Assembly: GCF_037902255.1 (NCBI RefSeq)
Contig: NZ_CP147990.1
Location: forward strand, 1,470,001-1,502,000
Reading direction: 5' to 3'
Source: Candidatus Electrothrix sp. GW3-4
GTDB lineage: Bacteria; Desulfobacterota; Desulfobulbia; Desulfobulbales; Desulfobulbaceae
DNA: 32,000 bases
A model generated the notes under the pieces. The model saw only the letters and a list, made by a program, of their open reading frames with translations. It was not told where the DNA came from and did not search any database. This document shows positions 6,770-15,336 of this stretch, one piece after another. Both the position numbers and the translations under genes were made by a program. Numbering within the stretch: position 1 is the first letter of the stretch; each line of letters begins with the position of its first letter.

Positions 6770-7327
6770 TTACTGACACCGAATAACCTTGAAACTATCG
6801 CAGTGGTGATGGGCCGGATTACAGACAGCATTGTTGGCAAGAGTCATCGTGGAGACATTGACTCCGACATCTTGTACAAAACTCTGAGCATGACTGAATC
6901 CCTTGTGTTGGCAGAAGGCATCTGCCGCAGGTTTTCCGCATTCGTGTTCAAAGGATTTGCACCAGTCAAGGCGATAGCCTCGATATTCCGGCTTATGAAA
7001 GACGGCTAGTTTTTCTTTGCAGTTGATAAAGGTAAACGAGTCGCAGCGATGGTGTTGTGGATTACAGATGGCATGATCCTGAATGGTCATGGTTTCGACC
7101 TGCATATTGCTTTTCTTGGAGAAATCCAAGGCAGAGAGGTGACCCTGTTTTTTACAGAAGGCATCTGCCGCAGGCTTTCCACATTCATGTTCAAAGGACT
7201 TGCACCAATCAAGGCTATAACCCTGATATATGGGGTTCGGGTAGTTGGCAGCTGCACTCAGATGAGGAAAACAGGTAGAGAAAAAGAAAGCAATAGCCGT
7301 ACAGGTAAATCTGGTTTTCGTTTTCAT
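6770..7327 (-). CDS. secreted protein with two tandem 6-Cys domains, unknown function
   Basis: Signal peptide MKTKTRFTCTAIAFFFSTCFPHLSAA. Two units of about 80 aa each contain GY(S/R)LDWCKSFEHECGKPAADAFC...(A)(I/V)CNP.HH.CDSF..I.C. RBS GAGGAG is present. The duplication is also visible at DNA level (about 6900-6990 vs 7140-7230). Confidence 0.75.
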   Translation of the reverse strand: MKTKTRFTCTAIAFFFSTCFPHLSAAANYPNPIYQGYSLDWCKSFEHECGKPAADAFCKKQGHLSALDFSKKSNMQVETMTIQDHAICNPQHHRCDSFTFINCKEKLAVFHKPEYRGYRLDWCKSFEHECGKPAADAFCQHKGFSHAQSFVQDVGVNVSTMTLANNAVCNPAHHHCDSFKVIRCQ

Positions 7328-7607
7328 GAAGCTCCTCTTGCTGATAGATTGGAAGTGAATGTGGTGACTCTGAAGAACTCAGCCTGACTCCTTGAGTTGG
7401 GGCCAGATGAGATAACTCGCAACCTCACTGCTTCTCCACTATAATCTGCTGATTATCACCCTGCAATTGTTTTAAATGCCACTTCTTCCTTTTTTTAAGC
7501 GTTTAAGCGTCTAATGGCTGAGCATCAAGCTCGTTTCACCAGCTGCATGGGGGTGAGTAGGAGCAACGAAATCAAATGACGTGAGAAATGCCTTGTCCGC
7601 TTGCGTG

Positions 7608-8489
7608 TTACTCAAGCAACCCTTCCACCGCCTTATGCAATTCTTTTATTGCCAGGGAAGAGGGTGCATCAGGATACATGTTCACGGCCAGAGCACCGCG
7701 CGCCAGGGCTTGGGGCAGACGCGGATCATAGGGGATCTTGCCAAGCAGGGGAATATTGTTCTGGACAAGCCAGTCCTGAGTGATGCCTGCGGATTTTGGG
7801 TCCATATCGCTTCGGTTGAGCACGGCACCGGCAGGAATGCCGAACCCGCGCACTACCTCCGCAATCCTTTGCAGATCACTCAGGGCGGACGGGGTGGGTT
7901 CGCTGACCAAGATGGCGTAATCTGCGCCTTTGAGGGCCGCGATCACCGGGCAGCCGATGCCCGGAGGACCATCCGTGAGCAGCAGATCGCTGCCGTTCAA
8001 CGAGGCCTCTTGCCGAGCCTCCCGCTTGACAATATCCACCAGTCGCCCTGAGCTGGATTCGCCGATACCCAATTCCCCGGCAACCACTCGAACAGCCCCG
8101 GAGGTGACAAAGTTTATCTTGCCGTTTTCTACAGGGTGAATCGAAACAGCCTCTTCCGGGCAGACCAGCGCGCAAACGCCGCAGCCCTCACAGGAATAGC
8201 TGATAATAATCGGTTCGTTCTCGCCGATAATCGAGGAAAAGGCGCAGGCATCCACGCAGCGCATGCAGCGGCTGCACTTTTCATAATCAATGATCGCCTT
8301 GTCCGAAGCCGCGACCGCTCTGCTGCGGTCAAAGTTTGCCCCCAGGACGATATGAAGATTTGGTGCATCCACATCCGTGTCCGCCAAGGTGAGGCGTGTG
8401 CCCTTTTCAGTCAGCAGATGGGCCAGGGCCGCAGTCAGCGAGGATTTCCCCACCCCGCCTTTGCCGCTCAGAATAACGATTTCTTTCAT
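7608..8489 (-). CDS. MinD/ParA-type P-loop ATPase with inserted 2x[4Fe-4S] ferredoxin domain
   Basis: Deviant Walker [10 protein letters not shown]. Two Cys clusters: [11 protein letters not shown] and [12 protein letters not shown]. The stop/start overlaps the upstream paralog (8486-8489). Confidence 0.9.
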   Translation of the reverse strand: MKEIVILSGKGGVGKSSLTAALAHLLTEKGTRLTLADTDVDAPNLHIVLGANFDRSRAVAASDKAIIDYEKCSRCMRCVDACAFSSIIGENEPIIISYSCEGCGVCALVCPEEAVSIHPVENGKINFVTSGAVRVVAGELGIGESSSGRLVDIVKREARQEASLNGSDLLLTDGPPGIGCPVIAALKGADYAILVSEPTPSALSDLQRIAEVVRGFGIPAGAVLNRSDMDPKSAGITQDWLVQNNIPLLGKIPYDPRLPQALARGALAVNMYPDAPSSLAIKELHKAVEGLLE

Positions 8490-9448
8490 AACTGCTCCTG
8501 CCTTGCCTGTTTTTTCCAGTCCGGATAGGCTGCTGCAAGGCGGTCAGCCAAGCCCAGGAAGATCTTTGCCGTTGATGAGTTCGGAAAAAGATTGACCACT
8601 GGCCTTCCTTGCAGATAACCGGCCAGCAGATCCTTATTCTGTTTGATTTCCGCTGCAACAGGAGTGGAACCGGCCCGGCCTGTTTTCTCCGTCTTTGCTT
8701 TTTGACCGGGCAGATCCGAACGATTGATCACAACACTCGTCTGGACGGCAAACATATCCAGCAGAGAGAGGATCAGCTCAAGATCATGGGCCCCCAGCGG
8801 GGTCGGCTCTGTCACAGCCAGCACATGGTCAGCTCCTTTTAAGGCGCCGATCACATTACAATGGGTTCCCGGCGCAGTATCAACCAGGATGATATCAAAA
8901 AGGTCCGCATCGGCAAAGGCAGTCTTTCTGACCGCATTGACCAACAGGGCGCTTTCTGCCAAACCTGGTTGGAGAGCCCCGGTGTACAGGGTCAGGTTGC
9001 CCCGCTTGGTTGTGTAGAGGGTCCCCACAGAATGACTTCCCCGGCCAATTGCCTCTGCCGGACAGACCAGGTAACAGGCTTCGCAGCCATTGCATTCGCC
9101 CAGCAGGGTGATTGTCTTTGGTTGTGAGCGGAACAGACTGTTCATCTGACAGGCTTTGACGCATTTTTGGCAATCCGTGCATTTTTCCGGGTCGAAAACC
9201 GGCTGCATGATGGTAACAGGCTCCGGGTTTTCCAGTGGTATGCCGAGGAGGAGGCTGTCGTTGGGGGCGTCCACATCCGCGTCGATCAAGGCGACCTTCT
9301 TGCCTTGGGCGACAAAGGCGGCAGCCAGGTTCACCGCTATTGTTGATTTGCCCACCCCACCCTTGCCGCCAGTGACCCCGATAATCGGGGTCGTAAAGGT
9401 CGTGCTGTGGAAATGTTTGATGATTTCCGGGTGCAGTTTTTTGTTCAC
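8486..9448 (-). CDS. MinD/ParA-type P-loop ATPase with inserted ferredoxin domain (paralog)
   Basis: Walker [11 protein letters not shown]. Cys clusters [11 protein letters not shown] and [12 protein letters not shown]. It overlaps the upstream gene by 4 nt. Confidence 0.9.
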   Translation of the reverse strand: MNKKLHPEIIKHFHSTTFTTPIIGVTGGKGGVGKSTIAVNLAAAFVAQGKKVALIDADVDAPNDSLLLGIPLENPEPVTIMQPVFDPEKCTDCQKCVKACQMNSLFRSQPKTITLLGECNGCEACYLVCPAEAIGRGSHSVGTLYTTKRGNLTLYTGALQPGLAESALLVNAVRKTAFADADLFDIILVDTAPGTHCNVIGALKGADHVLAVTEPTPLGAHDLELILSLLDMFAVQTSVVINRSDLPGQKAKTEKTGRAGSTPVAAEIKQNKDLLAGYLQGRPVVNLFPNSSTAKIFLGLADRLAAAYPDWKKQARQEQL

Positions 9449-9978
9449 TGGCCCCTCCTGCGTCCCTGACCCTTTCCTGTTCCGTTACCGCAACCGCAGC
9501 CTCCTTTTCCCCGGCCCCGGCCCTGCCCTTGACCCTGGCCATACCCGCTGCCTTGGACTCGGACGGCACCAGGGCCTTGGCATTGAGCCGAGGAAGAATC
9601 CAGAGAAGGGGAGGACGGATCTGTTGCAGCCTGAGATTGGGGCTGGCCAGAATGACCATATTTTCCTGCCCGGAATTGTTTCAGGGCCTCGCCTACAGTC
9701 GAACTGTCCAATCCTTCGTACATCTCTATTCCCGAGGCCTCCAGTGCTGCTTTGGCCTTGGGGCCGAGCCTGCCTGTGAGCACCGCATTAACTCCGTGCT
9801 CGGTCATGGTCTGGGCTGCAGCAATACCTGCTCCTTGCGCGGCCTGGGCTGTGGTGTTTTCAATGCCTTGGGTCGCGCCTGATTCTGTATCGACCAGAAC
9901 AAACCAAGGGGCCCTGCCAAAGGCGGCATCGGTTGCTGCCTGGATATCATTTCCTGCTGCTGTAATACAGAGTTTCAT
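9445..9978 (-). CDS. dinitrogenase FeMo-cofactor-biosynthesis-like (NifX/NifB-C family) protein with Gly/Gln/Arg-rich tail
   Basis: [15 protein letters not shown]...[14 protein letters not shown] matches the NifX/NifB C-terminal fold family, which commonly precedes two MinD-ferredoxin genes. The last ~70 aa are low-complexity. Confidence 0.85.
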   Translation of the reverse strand: MKLCITAAGNDIQAATDAAFGRAPWFVLVDTESGATQGIENTTAQAAQGAGIAAAQTMTEHGVNAVLTGRLGPKAKAALEASGIEMYEGLDSSTVGEALKQFRAGKYGHSGQPQSQAATDPSSPSLDSSSAQCQGPGAVRVQGSGYGQGQGQGRGRGKGGCGCGNGTGKGQGRRRGQ

Positions 9979-10364
9979 TTTGTTTCCTCCGTGACCTGTG
10001 GATTCTTTGGAGCAGGCTTTTTCCTGGCAAAAAAGACCTGCTTGTTGCTAACTCCCTATGCGTAATGTTATGCTTGTTTTGTGCATATACACAATATATG
10101 GATACGGAAATATTTTGTCAACAGTTAGTTAATGGTTTGGTGCTTTTTGTATAGCTGAGGGCTATATGACTTGCCACTTGAGGGGTATAGATATTGAGAA
10201 AAGGAAAACTGCTGAATGATTTGATGCGTGGGTAAGAATAAAAAGAGGCCTGGGGAGCAAGTCTGCTCTGTCTAATTTTCTTGACAATGTAGCTTGGTCA
10301 GGGTTCAGTTTTACTTTTTAGTGAAAGGAATAGTCAGTTTTTTTTGGGAAAGGAGAAGAGCTAT

Positions 10365-10718
10365 ATGGAACTGCCTTCAGAAGGGTATCTGCTGCGGATC
10401 ATTATCGGCGAAGCGGCTCGCCACGAAAATAAGCATCTTTACGAGTGGATTATTATCAAGGCCCGGGAACATGGGATTGCTGGAGCCACTGCTGTGCGGG
10501 GGATGATGGGGTATGGTGCTCACTCCAGGATTAGGACCAGCTCTATTCTCTGTCTGTCCGAAGACCTGCCCGTGGTGATAGAGCTCATTGATAGCCAGCA
10601 GAAGCTGGAGGAGTTTCTTGATGTGATTGATCCGGTTATTCCAGAAGGGGTGGTAACCATGGAACAAGTCCATGTCCGATTGTATCGGTATAGCAAAAAG
10701 AAGAATGATACAAAATAG
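10365..10718 (+). CDS. DUF190 (PII-like) domain protein
   Basis: LLRIIIGEAARHENKHLYEWIIIKAREHGIAGATAVRGMMGYGAHSRI...LSEDLPVVIELID is the typical DUF190 pattern. ATG 10365 follows GGAAAGGAGAAGAG; the track ORF starts at TTG 10344. Confidence 0.75.
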   Translation: MELPSEGYLLRIIIGEAARHENKHLYEWIIIKAREHGIAGATAVRGMMGYGAHSRIRTSSILCLSEDLPVVIELIDSQQKLEEFLDVIDPVIPEGVVTMEQVHVRLYRYSKKKNDTK

Positions 10719-11456
10719 CTCTGTGGGGTTGCAATGAGCTTGCAGTCCTGCACTGAGGATATTGTGTAAGACAAGCCCTCGGTCTGTTTGCGGGTAAAGC
10801 CCGCGTTAATTATTGAGCCGCTCAATATGGCAAAGCAGCAGGGCGTATCGCCTGCCTATCTCTCGATATTATCATTTTAGTTCCTGTCCAGCAAGAGAGC
10901 GTTGCTCTCTCCATCCCCTATTACCCTTTCGGTACCCATCTTTATCTTCCGCGACATTCCCTGTAGATAACACCCATCCCGCCCCCTGGGGCAGAACAGC
11001 AAAGCATGAAAGGTGATCGGACGTCCCCAGGGAATCGTCGGTACTTTCATATAAAGGTATCTGGCTGCGTACTACTACATTATCCATTTCGGGCCGGGGT
11101 TATGCTCCTGATGGCATTGGGGCAATAGTGTTTGTTTTGTGTTTTCGTGCATTGAAGTTAACAGCGTCGTGCCGCAAAAGATATTTGCCAGGATTGAGGT
11201 TGGTTCTGTCGGTTATAGTGAATCAAGTATTTTATATAGTGAAACAGGTAGATATGGGGTGTTCTGTTTGGGTAATAGAAGCAGTGCGACTCCATCTCTA
11301 TGGGGTTTACAAAACCTTTACAATTTAATTTGCGTTGGACAAACTTCCTTTACAAACTTTGGTTAAGATATACGTATAAACAGAGAGAAACATTCAATGA
11401 CGCACAGTCTTCACTGGCTATAGCAGCTCTATTTTGAGACTTTTTAATATTTTTGA

Positions 11457-11702
11457 GTGGTTATTGTGGGTATTTTAAAAAATAATTTTAGCAATTCAAA
11501 AGAAGATAAACGTCAATTAATAGAGATTATTTTGCTTGTATTAATAATATTAACTGTAATATTAACTTTGTATTCTTCTTTTGATCGGCATGCTGGTGGC
11601 ATACAGATAAAAGATCCAAAGCTTACAAAAGAAAAAATTTATAAACAAGGAGTTGGAAAGAGTACGGTAGCTCGTGAGGTCGTTGAGCTCGATGTTGAGT
11701 AA
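11457..11702 (+). CDS. hypothetical small single-TM protein
   Basis: Track ORF with a GTG start in a very AT-rich stretch. One hydrophobic helix (LIEIILLVLIILTVILTLY). No recognisable family and a weak start context. Confidence 0.3.
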   Translation: MVIVGILKNNFSNSKEDKRQLIEIILLVLIILTVILTLYSSFDRHAGGIQIKDPKLTKEKIYKQGVGKSTVAREVVELDVE

Positions 11703-11791
11703 CATATGAAGAAAAAACCTTTGCCGAACAAAAGCGATTCCCTTATGGCAATCATGGAGATTGTCCTAACTAATAAAGAGGATAGAGAGTT

Positions 11792-12265
11792 ATGTTGGTT
11801 AATAAAACATCATATTCTGAGCTTCTTGATCACCCTAAATGGCATAAGAAAAAATTAGATATTTTAGAAAAATCTGGCTTTAAATGCATTAGTTGTAGCT
11901 CCAATGAAAAGACACTTGATGTGTATCATTCCTATTATGTAAGCAATTTGAAACCATGGGAATATCCTAATAATAGTCTGTATTGCCTCTGTGGTGAATG
12001 TTATAATAAATCGCAATATATTATTACGTTAATTAAAAGACAGTTAAGGCATATTGAATTGGCCTATAATGAACGGCTTTTTGGCTATCTCTATGGATTA
12101 GAGACCTTAACGTACCCAATGGTGACTATTGGCGTTATGTCATATGAGGTCGCTCAAGGCATCGGAGACTGCTGGAAAATACCTCCTGAAGTAATCATTG
12201 AAAATCTTCGTGATGGTCATATTGATGGCTACACTTTGCGTAGTCTATCGAAAAACACAGAGTAA
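11792..12265 (+). CDS. HNH-like zinc-finger domain protein with Tyr in place of the expected His residues
   Basis: The N-terminus HPKWHKKKLDILEKSGFKCISC...LDVYHSYY...KPWEYPNNSLYCLCGECYNK follows the phage-type HNH layout I remember: W..KR..IL.RD...C..C...L.VHH.YY...PWEY...L..LC..CH...H. Several of the His positions are Tyr here. RBS AAAGAGGA is present. The C-terminal ~80 aa are unassigned. Confidence 0.6.
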   Translation: MLVNKTSYSELLDHPKWHKKKLDILEKSGFKCISCSSNEKTLDVYHSYYVSNLKPWEYPNNSLYCLCGECYNKSQYIITLIKRQLRHIELAYNERLFGYLYGLETLTYPMVTIGVMSYEVAQGIGDCWKIPPEVIIENLRDGHIDGYTLRSLSKNTE

Positions 12266-12759
12266 TGTGGTCGCTCAGGATTGATCCGGCCATCCCCCTT
12301 TTTTTAAAGCGGATCGTTTGCTTTTTCCCTGCCTCAAGCTCCTTTGCTAATACCTTCCGAATATCTTTTTTTCATCCGCTTATCCCCCATTTCGCTATTG
12401 CTATAAATAGCTGAATTTTAAATTTAAATTTTCAGCTCATTCTCTTGTGTAAAAAATAACAATACCGTAAAATCAATTATTTATTGTTAAGCATGGGGCA
12501 AAATAAGCGAATGGGGGGCTTATTATCGCAGATTGTACGATTATGCGTCGTTATACACTTTCCGGGGATAATATTGCCTGTAGTGCTGCTTACTCCTGAG
12601 AAATTCATGATTAATTCGTAATTTTTTTTCTGTGCTCCTCCCTGAGTTGCGGTTCTCTCTGTTTTGCACTAGGATAAGCACTTAGAATTTTTTCATGATA
12701 AAAGGAGGATTCTTCAGGGAGAAAGAGTCGGGCAGGGATTTTTTACAAGGAGGCTGAAT

Positions 12760-13128
12760 ATGGATATCATTACAGCGGCAATTGCCGGGGCATTGGCGAA
12801 TTTAGGAGCAGCGGCTGTCCAGAAAGGGTATGGAAAGCTGAAGGCGGTTATGCAGCGTAAGTTTGGGGCGGATAGCGACGTGGTGCAGGCCACAGAGAAG
12901 TTGGAGCAAAAGCCAGAGGCGCAGGGGCGGAAGTTGATGTTGCAGGAGGAATTGGTGGCTGCTGCTGCGGATAAGGATGCTGAACTGATAAAAGCGGCTG
13001 AGGAACTGCTGGCTGAGGTAAAGAAGCAGCCCGGAGGAGAAGCCTTTGTGCAACAGGTTGTTAACCAGCAGATAACCGGAGACGGTAATATCTTTTCCGG
13101 TACAGGTAATGTGACGGTTACGAAATAA
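12760..13128 (+). CDS. small helical protein with C-terminal NLR-matching motif (Bell/HeLo-like effector candidate)
   Basis: RBS AAGGAGG lies 7 nt upstream. The N-terminus has a Gly/Ala hydrophobic helix, MDIITAAIAGALANLGAAAV. The middle is charged and helical. The C-terminal QQITGDGNIFSGTGNVTVTK matches the N-terminus of the next gene. The stop overlaps the next ATG (TAATG at 13126-13130). Confidence 0.7.
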   Translation: MDIITAAIAGALANLGAAAVQKGYGKLKAVMQRKFGADSDVVQATEKLEQKPEAQGRKLMLQEELVAAAADKDAELIKAAEELLAEVKKQPGGEAFVQQVVNQQITGDGNIFSGTGNVTVTK

Positions 13129-15062
13129 TGGCTGCTGAAAATCGCCAGGACGTTGACGGCAGCGATAATATATTTTCCGGCAGCGGGCCGGTGACCGTCA
13201 ATAAGGTCACCAAGAATTATTACTCCTCTGAGGAGCCTTCCTCAACAACGAATGCTCCTTCCGAATTAGCCACCCTCTTCGGCGTTCCTAACCTCCCGCC
13301 GCGCTATCTGGAGCGGAATGACTACCTTGATCCCTTCCGCGAGGCCCTGCTTTGCGGGAAAACGCAGGCGGTCGGGATAACCGGCAGGCCGCAGTATGTA
13401 GGTATGCAGGGTATGGGCGGACTGGGCAAGTCGGTGTTGGCAGCGGCCTTGGCTTGGGATGAAGAAGTACGCCGTGCCTTTCCAGACGGCATCTTCTGGT
13501 TGCGTTTTGGGCAGGAGGTGGATGAGGCCGGGGTGCAGGAGCTGCAAAAGGAAATCTTACTGGTTCTGGCCCCGGACAGCAAGCCGGAGTCTCCGGCTCA
13601 GGGGCGGAACCTCCTCAGCCTTGCCCTTCAGGGAAAACGCTGTCTGCTCATAGCCGACGACCTCTGGGACAGCAGATACATCAACCATTTTGACCTTACC
13701 GACTCCGGTTCTCGTTTTCTCCTCACTACCCGCAATAACGAGGTCATCCAGGAAACAGGTGCCCACCGCTGCGAGCTGGAACTGCTCTCGAACGGGCAGG
13801 CACGGGAGCTGCTGGCGAAATGCTCCGGCTTTGCTGAGGAGGATCTGCCTGAAGAGGCGGAAGCCATCCTGCGGGAATGCGGTCGTCTCCCCTTGGCTGT
13901 GGCAGCCATCGGCAGTATGGTCAATGGCAAGGGGCGTAGTCGCTGGCAGTTGGCCCTGGAGAAACTGCAAAATGCCCGGCTTGATAAAATCCCGGCCAGG
14001 TTTGATCGCTACAGCGGCTATGAAAATCTGTTCAAGGTCTTTCAGGTCAGTGTGGAGGACCTGCCGTCCGAGGTACAGGCCTATTTCAAGACGTTGATTG
14101 TCTTTTCTGAAGATGCGGAAATCCCTGAATCCGTGCTTCAGCTCTACTGGGAGCATATTGGTCAGGGGGAGTATGAGCCGCTGGAGGCGGTTGACCTGCT
14201 GGTGCAGCGGTCATTGCTTACTCCTGGAGCCAATCATAACGCGTTTGTCCTTCATGATTTGCTTCGGGATTACCTTGTTATTGAGGCTGACGGTGAGGTT
14301 GCCGAGTTGCACAGGCAGCTGCTTATGGCCTATAAAGCTGTTTATCCAGACGGGTGGCATACGATCCCTTATGCGACACCTTATTATTTCTATAGATACT
14401 GGTCAAATCATGTAGAAGCAGCTGGTGAGAGGGCTTTAGCTTCGAGTATTGCAGATGCGCTGATTCAGCATCAGCCTCTTCTCAATCTAGATAGTGTGCT
14501 GGAGGCTTTAATTTTTGTTAATTATGAATTTGAGGACATTGCTCACTCTCTCTTGAAAAGAAATCAGAATTCAAGGGTCCTCTATAGAAGTCTGCAAATT
14601 CTCGGGTCCAAAGCTAAGGAGGATGCAAGGCGACTCTTAAAGGAGAATTCCGACTCGTCTGTGATCAGTGAATGTCTCAGAATCCTTGATGGTGAAGCAA
14701 AGAAAAATGCTCGACAACTGTTGAAAGAAAGTTCTAATCCAGAAATTATTGATGAATGTTTCAAGATTCTTGGAGATGAGGCTAAAGAGGATGCAAAACG
14801 ATTATTGAAGGAGAGTTCTGATTCCTGGATGATCCTTATCTGTTTAGGCCTTCTTAAGGATGAGGCAACTGAGGAAGCCCGGCAGTTACTCAAATCAAGC
14901 GAAGATGAATATATTGTTGTTGCTTGTATTGAAACACTCGGCAAAGAAGCAAAAGCTGAGGCCAATCGGTTGATTAAAATTAGCAAAAGTAAATTTATCC
15001 AAGGATGCTGTCGGAAATTAATTTCTTCCTGGAATGATCTACCAAAGAGTAATACTTTATAG
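13128..15062 (+). CDS. NB-ARC-type STAND NTPase (bacterial NLR-like) with C-terminal 28-aa helical repeats
   Basis: P-loop GMQGMGGLGKS (13410-13433). Walker B CLLIADDLWD. FLLTTRN resembles RNBS-B and CGRLPLAV resembles the GLPL motif. A helical/winged-helix region follows. Then come five to six 84-bp-phased repeats starting at 14577, 14661, 14745, 14829, 14913 and 14997. Confidence 0.9.
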   Translation: MAAENRQDVDGSDNIFSGSGPVTVNKVTKNYYSSEEPSSTTNAPSELATLFGVPNLPPRYLERNDYLDPFREALLCGKTQAVGITGRPQYVGMQGMGGLGKSVLAAALAWDEEVRRAFPDGIFWLRFGQEVDEAGVQELQKEILLVLAPDSKPESPAQGRNLLSLALQGKRCLLIADDLWDSRYINHFDLTDSGSRFLLTTRNNEVIQETGAHRCELELLSNGQARELLAKCSGFAEEDLPEEAEAILRECGRLPLAVAAIGSMVNGKGRSRWQLALEKLQNARLDKIPARFDRYSGYENLFKVFQVSVEDLPSEVQAYFKTLIVFSEDAEIPESVLQLYWEHIGQGEYEPLEAVDLLVQRSLLTPGANHNAFVLHDLLRDYLVIEADGEVAELHRQLLMAYKAVYPDGWHTIPYATPYYFYRYWSNHVEAAGERALASSIADALIQHQPLLNLDSVLEALIFVNYEFEDIAHSLLKRNQNSRVLYRSLQILGSKAKEDARRLLKENSDSSVISECLRILDGEAKKNARQLLKESSNPEIIDECFKILGDEAKEDAKRLLKESSDSWMILICLGLLKDEATEEARQLLKSSEDEYIVVACIETLGKEAKAEANRLIKISKSKFIQGCCRKLISSWNDLPKSNTL

Positions 15063-15336
15063 ATTTTAATAAACAGGTGGGATGATAGTTTCCTACTACG
15101 GCACCACAAAAAAATATTTCTTCTGACTCGAAATAGACTTCTTCCATTTTTACCCCAGCACACCCTGGAAAACCCCAGAAACCGCCTGGCTTCAACCCAG
15201 AAGAATTGAGGAAAAAGCCAGAACAACTCTAGCTCAACCCAGGCCTTTGCTGCTTTAAAATACAAAAAATCTATACCCAACGATCATAATCTCATCAAGA
15301 ATCTCAAAAGAGTTCGAGAAAAATAAGGAGATACCC

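Noticed and set aside
10200-10364. Fluoride (crcB-motif) riboswitch upstream of the DUF190 gene, since DUF190 often accompanies fluoride exporters
   Set aside because: The leader shows no conserved riboswitch core that I could recognise (no GGCGATGG...CTGATGAT-type pairing elements). No crcB gene follows.
10719-11130. 400-bp gap after DUF190 with short ORFs on both strands (10813..11016 +, 10872..11087 -) and a 17-bp palindrome TATTGAGCCGCTCAATA at about 10812-10828
   Set aside because: Neither ORF has an RBS or recognisable motifs. The region may be a decayed gene remnant at the edge of the AT-rich island, but I cannot support any call.
15153-15245. Loosely periodic CCCAG(A/C)A motifs (CCCCAGCA, CCCCAGAA, ACCCAGAA, ACCCAGGC) downstream of the NLR gene
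   Set aside because: Spacing is irregular (about 20-35 bp). Only two units have CCAG...CTGG pairing, and overall similarity is low. This is not distinguishable from chance by eye.
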